Positions 31,654 through 40,765 of a stretch of 64,000 nucleotides of DNA are shown here, in pieces. The notes beneath the pieces are model-generated. The model was given only the letters and a program-made list of their open reading frames with translations. It did not search any database and was not told the DNA's origin. Origin of the DNA: Bacteroidota bacterium (GTDB taxonomy: Bacteria; Bacteroidota; Bacteroidia; Bacteroidales; UBA7960); assembly GCA_007693555.1 (NCBI GenBank), contig REDJ01000108.1, positions 55,951 through 119,950 on the forward strand. Reading direction: 5' to 3'. The position numbers and the translations under genes are program-made. Positions within the stretch are counted from its first letter, which is position 1; each line of letters opens with the position of its first letter.

Positions 31654-33060
31654 TTATTTGTATTTCAATAATAAATCATCTCTGATTTTAAGAACTTTTT
31701 CACTTATACCCACTTTGTAAATGTGCGGAAAATCAAATCTCTGGTGCTCGGCAGGAAGCAGATTTAAGCGTGTTCTTAACCTTTCATTTATTTTTTGTGG
31801 ACTTTCTGCCACTTCGGTAATCTTACCCTTTTTCATAGCCGTAAACATCAATTCTTCGCACCTAAATCCTTCAAGACTTAAAGTTTTAAGTTTTTCAAAA
31901 GGATCGATCATTCGACTAACATCTGTTTCATCAATCATAACAACAGCATCAGCATAATAATATCCCTCTCGGTCAAAATATCTCAATATTTTCTTCCTGC
32001 CGGGCAATGTGGTTTTTTGAAGGTTATCTGAGATCTTAAGCACATTTCTGTTATTTACGTGCGCAAGCTTGTAAACGCCATCTAATGCTGCATCAGGTTT
32101 TCCGGTAATAAGATTGGTACCTACTCCGAAAATATCGATAGGTGCTTTTTGTTCTATCAAACTTCTTATAACATATTCATCCAACTGATTAGAAACAATT
32201 ATTTTAACTTCATTAAACCCGTCATAATCCAGCATTTCCCTTGCTTTCTTTGACAAATAAGCAAGGTCGCCGCTATCTAGTCTGATTGCTTTAAGCATGT
32301 GCCCTTTTTCCCTCATTTCTTTGGCAACTTTGATTGCGTTAGGAATTCCACTCATGAGTGTATTGTAGGTATCTACAAGAAAAGTGGCATTATTGGGAAA
32401 AGTTTTGGCATAAGCCCGGAACGCTGATATCTCATCCCCAAAGCTTTCGATAAAGCTATGTGCCATTGTGCCGGCATGGGGGATTCTGTAATTTCTTGCT
32501 GCCAACACATTGGATGTACTGTTAAAGCCACCGATTATAGCGGCTCTCGAAGCTTGTATAGCACCAAATGACTGTGCCCGGCGAAGCCCAAAATCGCTTA
32601 ATGTGCGGTTACCTCCTGCAAATCTTATCCTGCTTGCTTTGGTGGCAATGAGGGATTGAAAGTTCAAAACATTGAGTAGCAATGTTTCAACAAGCTGGGT
32701 TTCCAATAAGCTACCTTCTACCCTGACTACCGGTTCGAAAGGAAAAACAACATCGCCCTCTCGCACAGAAATAATATCGCCTTTAAATGTGAATGATTTC
32801 AGATGATTGACAAAATCTTTATCGAAGCCAGATTCAAGTAAATAGTCCAGATCACGATCCGTAAAACGTAAATTTTCAGTAAGTTCCAGAAAGTCCTGTA
32901 AACCTGCAAATACAACATAGCCCCCTTTAAAGGGAAGTTTTCTGAAAAAATAATCAAAAGAGGCATGCTCTTCGTGCATTCCTGTTTTAAAATAAGCTTG
33001 TGCCATTGTAAGCTGATACAAATCGGTATACAATGGTGAAACCTCTTGATAAGTGTACAT
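31654..33060 (-). CDS. pncB: Nicotinate phosphoribosyltransferase
   Basis: TDLYQLTM; DFGLRRAQ; GTMAHS (phospho-His); LVDTY; IRLDSGDL; FGVGT. Confidence 0.95.
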   Translation of the reverse strand: MYTYQEVSPLYTDLYQLTMAQAYFKTGMHEEHASFDYFFRKLPFKGGYVVFAGLQDFLELTENLRFTDRDLDYLLESGFDKDFVNHLKSFTFKGDIISVREGDVVFPFEPVVRVEGSLLETQLVETLLLNVLNFQSLIATKASRIRFAGGNRTLSDFGLRRAQSFGAIQASRAAIIGGFNSTSNVLAARNYRIPHAGTMAHSFIESFGDEISAFRAYAKTFPNNATFLVDTYNTLMSGIPNAIKVAKEMREKGHMLKAIRLDSGDLAYLSKKAREMLDYDGFNEVKIIVSNQLDEYVIRSLIEQKAPIDIFGVGTNLITGKPDAALDGVYKLAHVNNRNVLKISDNLQKTTLPGRKKILRYFDREGYYYADAVVMIDETDVSRMIDPFEKLKTLSLEGFRCEELMFTAMKKGKITEVAESPQKINERLRTRLNLLPAEHQRFDFPHIYKVGISEKVLKIRDDLLLKYK

Positions 33061-33086
33061 GAGGATATTTTTACCGGTTTTATGAA

Positions 33087-33626
33087 TTAAAGTTTTTTTA
33101 AGGCTTTAACATGTTCATCATAATCTTTATCAGACCATATAACCAATCTGATTCTTTTCAGACTTTTTAAATTTTGCATTTCTTTGTAAATTGTCTGAAC
33201 GGCAACGGGGGCAGCCTCTTCAACAGGATATCCAAATACTCCGGTTGACACTGCGGGGAAAGCGATACTTTTTAAATTATATTCTTCGCACAATTTCAAT
33301 GCATTGATATAACATTTGGCCAGCAATTGGTCATGTGGAATGTCTCTGTCATAAACAGGCCCTAACACATGTATAACATGCTTATTGGGGAGGTTGTAAG
33401 CTTTTGTAATTACAGCCTCTCCGGGTTTTATGGGTCCTTTTTTCATTGCTTCGTTTTCCAAATCAGGACCGGCTGCTTTGTGGATAACCCCTGCTACTCC
33501 TCCACCGATGCGTAAAAATGCATTTGCTGCATTTACAATGGCATCCATGTCATTTTGTTTTACTATATCACCCTTTGTAATTTCAAAGCAGGTTTTACCG
33601 CGCAGTATTTGTTCTTTCTTAAACAT
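33087..33626 (-). CDS. MacroD-type macrodomain protein (O-acetyl-ADP-ribose deacetylase / ADP-ribosylhydrolase, YmdB-like)
   Basis: GDI; AIVNAAN; GGGVAGVIH; VIHVLGP; AFPAVSTGVFGYP. Confidence 0.9.
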   Translation of the reverse strand: MFKKEQILRGKTCFEITKGDIVKQNDMDAIVNAANAFLRIGGGVAGVIHKAAGPDLENEAMKKGPIKPGEAVITKAYNLPNKHVIHVLGPVYDRDIPHDQLLAKCYINALKLCEEYNLKSIAFPAVSTGVFGYPVEEAAPVAVQTIYKEMQNLKSLKRIRLVIWSDKDYDEHVKALKKL

Positions 33627-33631
33627 CTTAT

Positions 33632-35014
33632 CTAAGCTTTTATGACAAAAATCTGTGAAGTTTCGTATTTAACAACTTTTACTGTTTCACCTCTATCAAT
33701 GAATCCGGTGAGTGCAGTAGCATCATATATATCATCGTCAATTTCCACTTTTCCACTGGGGCGGAGAATAGTGGTTGCAATACCTGTTTTACCCATCAGA
33801 TCTCTCATTTTCACGTTAGCAGATGAATAACCTGCTGTGGTATCCTGTATCGTATTCAAAGCAAGAGTGCTTCCCAGCCTGCCCCTTGAAGTTAGCACTT
33901 TTGCTCCAAGATACATGGAGGAGGATAATGATACAAAAAATGCTATTATAACGATAAGAAATGCTCTTCCAACATCTGAAAGAGGAACACCGGTAAAATC
34001 CGGTCCCTGATTGCCAACCATAGCAAAAGCGAGTCCTGAAATGACAAAAACAATTCCTAATATCCCTGCCACGCCAAAGCCGGGCAGGGCAAATATTTCA
34101 ACAGCAATCAATACCAGGCCTATTACAAAGAGAATAATTTCCCAGTGAGTAGCCAAACCTTCGAGGTACAATGGTGCAAAATAAAACATGGCAGCTGTAA
34201 AGGCGGCCATAATTGGAAAGCCTACCCCTGGTGTTTGCAGTTCAAAATAAATCCCTCCGAGGATCAGCATGATAAGTATTCCGCTAACCAGGGGATGAAT
34301 CAGGAAGTTAATGACCCTGTCAATGGGTGTAAGAGCCTGCTCAATAATTGTATAATTTTCGAATCCTGCGATTTCAAGTATTTCTTCAATGTTTTCACCC
34401 ATCCCTTCGGCAAACCCCCATCGCATGGCTTCAGATGCTGTAAATGTTAGCACTTTACCGGCTTCAATTACCCCTTCAATTTCGATGGAAGGGTCAACCA
34501 TGGCCTGTGCAATATCCTGGTCACGTCCTCTGGCCTCGGCTGTTGAGCGCATCATGGAGCGCATATAAGACTGAAACTTATCGGGGACAACCTCTCCGGT
34601 TTGATCCACAACAGTAGCTGCACCGATATTTGAACCCGGTCGCATGTATATCCTGTCAGTGGCTATAGAGATCAATGCACCGGCCGAGGCTGCATTGTTA
34701 TCAATAAATACCATAACAGGTATACGCGATTGAAGAATTCTTGTACGAATGGAGTCGGCAACATCAACCTGTCCGCCGTAAGTATTCATGTGAATGAAGA
34801 TAACATCAGCATTCAGGGTGTCGGCGGCCATAAATGCACGTTGCGTTCTGCGCAGAGCCGGAGCTGCTATATTTTCTTTAATGTCAAATTTATAGATGAG
34901 AAATTCCTTATCGGGATTTTCTTCCAGTAGTCGACTGATTCTGTCGTCCCGCTCCATTGCAAGTGTTGTGAATGCAATAAGCGCAAATAAGCATGTGAAA
35001 AATATTTTATTCAT
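33632..35014 (-). CDS. nfeD: Long-form NfeD membrane-bound serine protease (ClpP class, YqeZ-like)
   Basis: NTYGGQV; AASAGALI (Ser); IGAA; DKFQSYMR (Lys); TM bundle with PGFGVAGILG; C-terminal OB domain LRPSGKV. Confidence 0.88.
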   Translation of the reverse strand: MNKIFFTCLFALIAFTTLAMERDDRISRLLEENPDKEFLIYKFDIKENIAAPALRRTQRAFMAADTLNADVIFIHMNTYGGQVDVADSIRTRILQSRIPVMVFIDNNAASAGALISIATDRIYMRPGSNIGAATVVDQTGEVVPDKFQSYMRSMMRSTAEARGRDQDIAQAMVDPSIEIEGVIEAGKVLTFTASEAMRWGFAEGMGENIEEILEIAGFENYTIIEQALTPIDRVINFLIHPLVSGILIMLILGGIYFELQTPGVGFPIMAAFTAAMFYFAPLYLEGLATHWEIILFVIGLVLIAVEIFALPGFGVAGILGIVFVISGLAFAMVGNQGPDFTGVPLSDVGRAFLIVIIAFFVSLSSSMYLGAKVLTSRGRLGSTLALNTIQDTTAGYSSANVKMRDLMGKTGIATTILRPSGKVEIDDDIYDATALTGFIDRGETVKVVKYETSQIFVIKA

Positions 35015-35256
35015 CTGTAGTGAGATTATGAGAATAGATTAAGTGCCTTATAAAATAACTTCAATCTTTTTAATAAATTACGGATTTATTCCATCATCAT
35101 AACAATTTAAGCTAATCTTTGTTCCAAAAGTTATTTTATAAAACAGCCTGAAAGAATGCTTTTGAGAGTACGAATTTAAAAATAAAAAACCACCCGAACA
35201 TAATTTTATTCAATATGTTCAGGTGGTTGTTTTTATAATGGAAAGGATACTGTTTC

Positions 35257-35904
35257 TTATTTGTTGTGGTCGGCCAAAAACTTTTCAAGTCCAATATCGG
35301 TAAGTGGATGTTTGAGCAACCCCAAAATAGATTCAAGGGGGCAAGTTACCACATCAGCACCCGCTTCCGCACATTTAACAATATGCAGGCTGCTGCGAAT
35401 ACTTGCTGCAAGTACTTCTGTTTCAAAACCATGTATTGCATAAATATTGGCTATCTGTTCAATAAGTTCAACTCCATCATACACAATATCATCAAGCCGT
35501 CCAATAAAAGGGGAAACATATGTTGCACCGGCTTTAGCTGCCAGTATGGATTGTCCGGCTGAAAATACCAGAGTGCAATTGGTTTTAATTCCTTTTCCTG
35601 AAAGATATTTGAGAGCCTTGACGCCATCTTTTATCATAGGAATCTTCACTACAATATTGGAATGAAGTTCTGCAAGTTCCTCCCCTTCCCGGATCATACC
35701 ATCAAAGTCAGTTGCAATCACTTCTGCGCTTACATCACCGTCCACAATATTGCAAATGTCAATGTAATGTTGCATTATTCTGTCTTTGCCTTTAATTCCT
35801 TCTTTTGCCATAAGGGAGGGATTGGTGGTAACACCGTCAAGAATTCCCAGATCGTTGGCTTCATTTATATGATCAAGATTGGCTGTGTCAATAAAAAATT
35901 TCAT
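35257..35904 (-). CDS. fsa: Transaldolase / fructose-6-phosphate aldolase (TalC/FSA family)
   Basis: FFIDTAN; GVTTNPSL; VVKIP Schiff-base Lys; TNCTLVFS; [11 protein letters not shown]; LAASIR. Confidence 0.92.
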   Translation of the reverse strand: MKFFIDTANLDHINEANDLGILDGVTTNPSLMAKEGIKGKDRIMQHYIDICNIVDGDVSAEVIATDFDGMIREGEELAELHSNIVVKIPMIKDGVKALKYLSGKGIKTNCTLVFSAGQSILAAKAGATYVSPFIGRLDDIVYDGVELIEQIANIYAIHGFETEVLAASIRSSLHIVKCAEAGADVVTCPLESILGLLKHPLTDIGLEKFLADHNK

Positions 35905-35940
35905 CAGAATATATTTAAAATGAATATTTTCAATAGAAAA

Positions 35941-36033
35941 AGTGAGCCTGATATCGCACCGCTACGACCGCCTACCCTTGCTACCTTCCGGTCCTGGGGG
36001 AGTTCAGCAGGAGCTGGTCGTACCAGACTCACG
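35941..36033 (-). ncRNA. ffs: Bacterial small signal recognition particle RNA (4.5S)
   Basis: Minus strand gtgagtctg...ctgctgaactcccccaggaccGGAAggtagcaagggtagg...caggctcac: helix-8 CAGG-ccGGAAgg-AGCA motif, paired ends, TACTTTTG promoter box at 36038-36045; ends approximate. Confidence 0.95.
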
Positions 36034-36216
36034 GGTGCAAAAGTATAAAAAAAATATGGAGGGCACAAGAGCATGAAAGAATTTATTCCGGTCTCTTTTT
36101 CAAGAATTAAAAAAAAAGTAAAACAGCATTTCAACCAAATTTTAATATTTTCATTTTATATTTGTTAAAAGAATTAACTTCAATTCAAAACCAATTATTG
36201 AGAAAAAGTTATAATC

Positions 36217-36774
36217 ATGGAAGAAACTAAAATGAATGTTAAGGAAGAAGGAATGTTTAAACCTGCCCTGAATTCCGGTCTGATAATCGCAGTTCCAATA
36301 ATAGTAATTAGTCTTGTCTTTTATCTTTTAGGACAAGCAACCAGTTCTGTTCAATCTTACATTGCCATTGTAGTTTTGATTGCCGGCCTGGTTTACGCGG
36401 CTATTAGTTACCGGAAAGATTCAATGGGTGGATACATAAGCTATGGCCAGTCGCTCGGATTTATAGTCCTCACAGGTCTGATAGCAAGTCTGGTCATCGC
36501 AGTTTACAACTATATATTTCTGGCAATTCTTGCACCCGATGTAATGCAATTAATGAAAGAACAGGCCATTGAAGGAGCTTATGAAACTTTGTTACGCTTT
36601 AATCCAAATGCCACGGATGCTGAAATTGATAGAATGATTAGAATGCAGGAACGTTTACAAACACCCTTAATAATTTCTTTTTTCAGCATTTTTGGTAATG
36701 TGCTGGTTGCGTTTATAACAGGATTGATAGCATCTATCTTCATCAAGCGACGGAATCCTGAGTTTCCAGCTTAA
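36217..36774 (+). CDS. DUF4199 family membrane protein
   Basis: Four TM segments; GGYISYGQSL; YNYIF...PD; C-terminal IASIFIKR; TATATTTG box at 36157-36164. Confidence 0.8.
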   Translation: MEETKMNVKEEGMFKPALNSGLIIAVPIIVISLVFYLLGQATSSVQSYIAIVVLIAGLVYAAISYRKDSMGGYISYGQSLGFIVLTGLIASLVIAVYNYIFLAILAPDVMQLMKEQAIEGAYETLLRFNPNATDAEIDRMIRMQERLQTPLIISFFSIFGNVLVAFITGLIASIFIKRRNPEFPA

Positions 36775-36801
36775 ACAGATTTAACAGGGTTTCCAGAATA
36801 C

Positions 36802-37572
36802 TTATTTATCTGTAAACCCTATTGCGTATTTTATAATGTATGACATTCTGAACCGGGGATGCTCTTGAATAGCTACTCCTACATACCTGTATTCGGGGTC
36901 CATCATGTTGATTCTGTGTCCGCGGTTTTTTACACCATCATCTACCATAAGGCTGATAATGGCGTCATGAGCATTTGATGCTCCCCAGTGCAGGTTTTCG
37001 GCAATGGCTCCATGCCACTGGCCATGTCTTGAAAGTCTGGCACCCATACCTCCCCTTCCCTCATGGCTGGCTGTACCACGGTTTTTCATGTATCGGGCAT
37101 GATCTGAAGCGGCACGGCTCATACCAGGTGATGGGTTAAATACAGGTAATGGACTTGCTTTTTTTAGCTCATTATACAATTCTTTCACAGCCGAGGTTCC
37201 CTCCTGGGTTCGCAGAGGAATTCTTCCCGGGAAACGAAGAAGAGTCCCATCAAAATATCTGATAAGCGGATAAATATATAATTCAGCGTACCTTGGCGGA
37301 TTGTATCTTATGAGGTTCATGGCAAGTATAAGGTTCTTTTCATCGTCTGTCAGGTAAGCTACATCTGATGCAGTATTTAGCTCTTCAACCGGCCAACCGT
37401 CATTTTGAAGATAAACGGCATATTCAGCATTGGTAAAACCATCAAAATCCTGTAAATGTATTTGTTCATTTTCCTGGGCGCTTAATATGCCGGTTATCAA
37501 CATACTTGCAAACAGGCAAGTGAAATAAACAATATTTTGTTGATGCTTTAAACTTTTATGAGAAGGGATCAT
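36802..37572 (-). CDS. CAP (SCP-like) domain secreted protein
   Basis: NLIR; AASDHA; SHEG; AENL; LMVDDGVKNRGHRINMMDPEYRYVGVA. Confidence 0.85.
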   Translation of the reverse strand: MIPSHKSLKHQQNIVYFTCLFASMLITGILSAQENEQIHLQDFDGFTNAEYAVYLQNDGWPVEELNTASDVAYLTDDEKNLILAMNLIRYNPPRYAELYIYPLIRYFDGTLLRFPGRIPLRTQEGTSAVKELYNELKKASPLPVFNPSPGMSRAASDHARYMKNRGTASHEGRGGMGARLSRHGQWHGAIAENLHWGASNAHDAIISLMVDDGVKNRGHRINMMDPEYRYVGVAIQEHPRFRMSYIIKYAIGFTDK

Positions 37573-37785
37573 GGCAAATAAGATATTTTAAAACATTATT
37601 ATAAACCCTTCTGACTTAAAATTATTGTTTTGTTCGGATAAACTGAAAAATGTTAAGAAAAATCCACTTCATCGTTTTGAGGAAAACCTTTTTCAGACTA
37701 GTTTTGCCGAATAATTATTAATCTGATAATGACAAACACATAAAATTAAATTTGTAAGTCATTTTCTTAAAATTCAAAATACAAT

Positions 37786-38154
37786 ATGGAAATAAAAGGC
37801 AGACTCATAGAAATTCTTGAACCCAAAACCGGAAAATCCTCACGAGGAGATTGGAAGAAGCAGGATTTTGTCATTGAAACAGATGAACAGTTTCCCAAAA
37901 AAATCTGTATCAGTAACTGGAATGACAAAGCGGATCTCTCATCAATTAAACCCGGAGATATATTAACTGTAAAAGTAAATATTGAAAGCAGAGAATATAA
38001 CGGAAACTGGTATACTGATGTTAAGGTGTGGCAACTTGAATCAGAAAATAAAGAATCTGTTGAAGGAAGCGACCTGCCCGGCCTGGGTGAAGCTGAAAGT
38101 GCACCTCCCTGGGATCCAGAGCCTGAAAACCCTGATGAAGATCTGCCATTTTAG
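37786..38154 (+). CDS. DUF3127 protein (SSB/PriB-like OB fold)
   Basis: WKKQDFVIET...FPKKI; IESREYNGNWYTDVKVW; acidic tail ending EDLPF; TAGTTTTG box at 37699-37706. Confidence 0.88.
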   Translation: MEIKGRLIEILEPKTGKSSRGDWKKQDFVIETDEQFPKKICISNWNDKADLSSIKPGDILTVKVNIESREYNGNWYTDVKVWQLESENKESVEGSDLPGLGEAESAPPWDPEPENPDEDLPF

Positions 38155-38205
38155 GACTACAATTACCTTTCGAACAGATATTATAAACTCAGAATAATTT
38201 CATAG

Positions 38206-40089
38206 ATGATGCAAAATGCAAATGTCAGGAAGTTTTTGAAAAAGGTAGAGCTTTTTCGCGAACTCGGAGAAAAAGAACTGGATGTGGTAATGAAAGAAGT
38301 TCAGGAAAAGACTTATAATCCCAGGGCCTACCTTTTTCAGGAAAACAGCCCCCGAAACAAGTTTCTTTTTCTGATTTATGAGGGTGAGGTAGAACTTTTC
38401 AAAAAAACTCCCTTTGGTGAAGAAAAGCGTTTAAGCTACTTTGGCACCTACGACTTTTTGGGCGAAGGGACTATTATGGCTGATACCCCCCACTCTACCA
38501 CAGCACGCGCATTAAAAAAGACAAAAGTCCTGTGCATATCGAAAGAGGGGTTTACGCATTTATTTGATACGGAAACTGCCATTGCACTTAAGATATTTAA
38601 GCAAATATCAAAGGTGATATCGCGCAGAATGCGCCAAAGCAATTCGAAAATAGTAAATGTAGGAGCACAATACGAATCAGGGCGCACACGTACGGAAAAG
38701 GATTTATTAGGTACACGCGAAGTTCCCGCTGAGGTATATTATGGTATACAGACATTGCGTGGAATAGAAAACTTCACAATGAGCGGGGTTACACTCAATT
38801 TTTATCCTGAACTTATTGTTGCCCTTGCTCAGGTAAAAATGGCATCTGCCCTTACCAACCATGAATTGGGATTACTTTCTGAGGAAGTCGCAAACGCAAT
38901 AATCAGAGCCTGTCATGAAATCATCAATGGCAAGTATCATCATCATTTCGTGATAGATATGATACAAGGTGGTGCCGGTACTTCAACCAACATGAATGCC
39001 AATGAGGTGATTGCTAACCGTGCATTGGAACTGATGGGATATGAAAAGGGAGAATATAAATACTGCCATCCCAATACACATGTCAACATGTCGCAATCTA
39101 CCAATGATGCATATCCTACTGCGTTTAAAATTGCTCTGATTGCCAGCAATGTAAAACTCGTGGAAGTCCTGCAAATGCTCATTGACGGTATTAAAGAAAA
39201 AGAAACTGAATTTGCAGGTGTAATCAAAATGGGTCGCACCCAGCTTCAGGATGCAGTACCTATGACACTGGGTCAAACTTTTGGGGCTTATGCCACCACC
39301 CTTGAAGAAGAAATTGAAAGATTAAATAGCAATTCATTGTTACTCAAAGAAGTGAATATGGGTGGTACGGCTATTGGCACCGGAATAAATGCAGCACCTC
39401 AATACAGCGAAAAGGTTATAAAACATCTCCGGAAAATAACCGGCTTGAATATAAGATTAGCCAGCAACCTTGTGGAGGCCACCCAGGATACGGGAGCTTT
39501 TGTAATGTACTCGGCAAGCGTAAAACGACTGGCAGTAAAATTATCCAAAATATGCAATGACCTCCGTTTACTTTCTTCGGGGCCACGAGCGGGTATCAAC
39601 GAAATAAATCTACCACCCATGCAACCGGGTTCTTCCATAATGCCCGGAAAGGTTAATCCTGTAATTCCTGAAGTAGTAAATCAGATTGCTTTTAAGGTAA
39701 TTGGGAATGACCTTACCGTAACTCTGGCAGCAGAAGCGGGTCAACTTGAGCTCAATGTAATGGAGCCTATCATGGTGCAGAGTCTTTTTGAATCCATTGA
39801 AATGCTCAAAAATGGCATGACTACCCTGCTTCACAGATGTATCAGCGGTATTACAGCTAATGAAGAACATTGCCGCTCAATGGTAATGAACAGCATAGGG
39901 TTGGTTACGGCTTTAAACCCTCTGCTGGGCTATGAAACCTGCACAATCCTTGCAAAGGAAGCATTACAGCAGAATAAAGGCGTATATGAACTGGTTCTGG
40001 AAAAGCAACTCTTATCCAAAGAGGAGCTCGAAGAGGTATTGAAGCCTGAGAATATGATTGGTCCTCAATCTGTTAAAAGGAAAAAATAA
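38206..40089 (+). CDS. aspA: Aspartate ammonia-lyase with N-terminal cyclic-nucleotide-binding domain
   Basis: aa ~1-150 cNMP-type (LFREL, LFQE, LIYEGEVEL, LGE); from aa ~160 aspartase (EKDLLG, YYGIQTLR, QGGAGTSTNMNANE, KMGRTQLQDAVP, GSSIMPGKVNP). Confidence 0.9.
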   Translation: MMQNANVRKFLKKVELFRELGEKELDVVMKEVQEKTYNPRAYLFQENSPRNKFLFLIYEGEVELFKKTPFGEEKRLSYFGTYDFLGEGTIMADTPHSTTARALKKTKVLCISKEGFTHLFDTETAIALKIFKQISKVISRRMRQSNSKIVNVGAQYESGRTRTEKDLLGTREVPAEVYYGIQTLRGIENFTMSGVTLNFYPELIVALAQVKMASALTNHELGLLSEEVANAIIRACHEIINGKYHHHFVIDMIQGGAGTSTNMNANEVIANRALELMGYEKGEYKYCHPNTHVNMSQSTNDAYPTAFKIALIASNVKLVEVLQMLIDGIKEKETEFAGVIKMGRTQLQDAVPMTLGQTFGAYATTLEEEIERLNSNSLLLKEVNMGGTAIGTGINAAPQYSEKVIKHLRKITGLNIRLASNLVEATQDTGAFVMYSASVKRLAVKLSKICNDLRLLSSGPRAGINEINLPPMQPGSSIMPGKVNPVIPEVVNQIAFKVIGNDLTVTLAAEAGQLELNVMEPIMVQSLFESIEMLKNGMTTLLHRCISGITANEEHCRSMVMNSIGLVTALNPLLGYETCTILAKEALQQNKGVYELVLEKQLLSKEELEEVLKPENMIGPQSVKRKK

Positions 40090-40091
40090 TA

Positions 40092-40646
40092 TCAGGAATT
40101 AAGATACAGGTAAAGCAGAAGTACAGGAATGAGAATTCCTGTAACAACAAAATATACACCTCTCCGGGAAAAACTGTTTTTGCCTTTTAGCACAAACAGC
40201 CCGGTAATAGCAAGAATTATCAATCCTGCGGCAAACATATCCGAGAACCATGTCCATAGCTTTCGGGGAGTATTGTAATGCAGGAAGTTAATTTGATGAA
40301 AAACAGGTCTCTTTCTTATGGTTTCCATATTACCAGAGCCATCCTGAAGGTTTATATTGATAGTTCCCCCATCAATAAAAATACGCATATTATAACCACT
40401 GATAAGATGTGTCCGGTAGCTACCTTTCTCATTTAATTCTTTAAGGATATTATCAATCAATAACCTTTCTTCCTGAATCTCTGATGGCAATGAAATCTGA
40501 AAAGATTCCTGTTTGATAATATAGTTTGGATTCCACTGGTGGCGGTGATTTAGGGCAATACCTGATACGCCATAAATGATACACATGCCAAAGAAAAAGT
40601 AACCGATGTCCCTGTGTAAAGCACGATTTATTCGTCTCCAGTTCAT
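40092..40646 (-). CDS. PepSY-associated TM-helix protein
   Basis: RALHRDIGYF; SGIALNH; NFLHYN; WTWFSD; ITGL; downstream of the FecA-like receptor; own TATATTTG box at 40691-40698. Confidence 0.85.
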   Translation of the reverse strand: MNWRRINRALHRDIGYFFFGMCIIYGVSGIALNHRHQWNPNYIIKQESFQISLPSEIQEERLLIDNILKELNEKGSYRTHLISGYNMRIFIDGGTININLQDGSGNMETIRKRPVFHQINFLHYNTPRKLWTWFSDMFAAGLIILAITGLFVLKGKNSFSRRGVYFVVTGILIPVLLLYLYLNS

Positions 40647-40706
40647 AATTAATGATAAATATTGAAATGATTCTTAGTCATAGGCAGCGGCAAATATAAG
40701 TAAAAT

Positions 40707-40738
40707 TGCCTTCAGGGTTCATTGAATCCCTGAAGGCA
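40707..40738 (-). terminator. Terminator after the FecA-like receptor
   Basis: tgccttcaggg...ccctgaaggca 11-bp stem followed by a T-rich run on the minus strand. Confidence 0.7.
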
Positions 40739-40765
40739 GCTGTTAAATAAAACAAAGAGTTTTTT

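Noticed and set aside
30988-33626. Macrodomain + NAD genes as a Thoeris or other anti-phage system
   Set aside because: No SIR2, TIR or TM-macro architecture; the macrodomain is a stand-alone MacroD type and the context is housekeeping
35904-36134. 76-aa minus-strand ORF and the 3' part of the 35662-36048 plus-strand ORF
   Set aside because: They overlap the SRP RNA gene and its promoter, or are antisense to fsa; spurious
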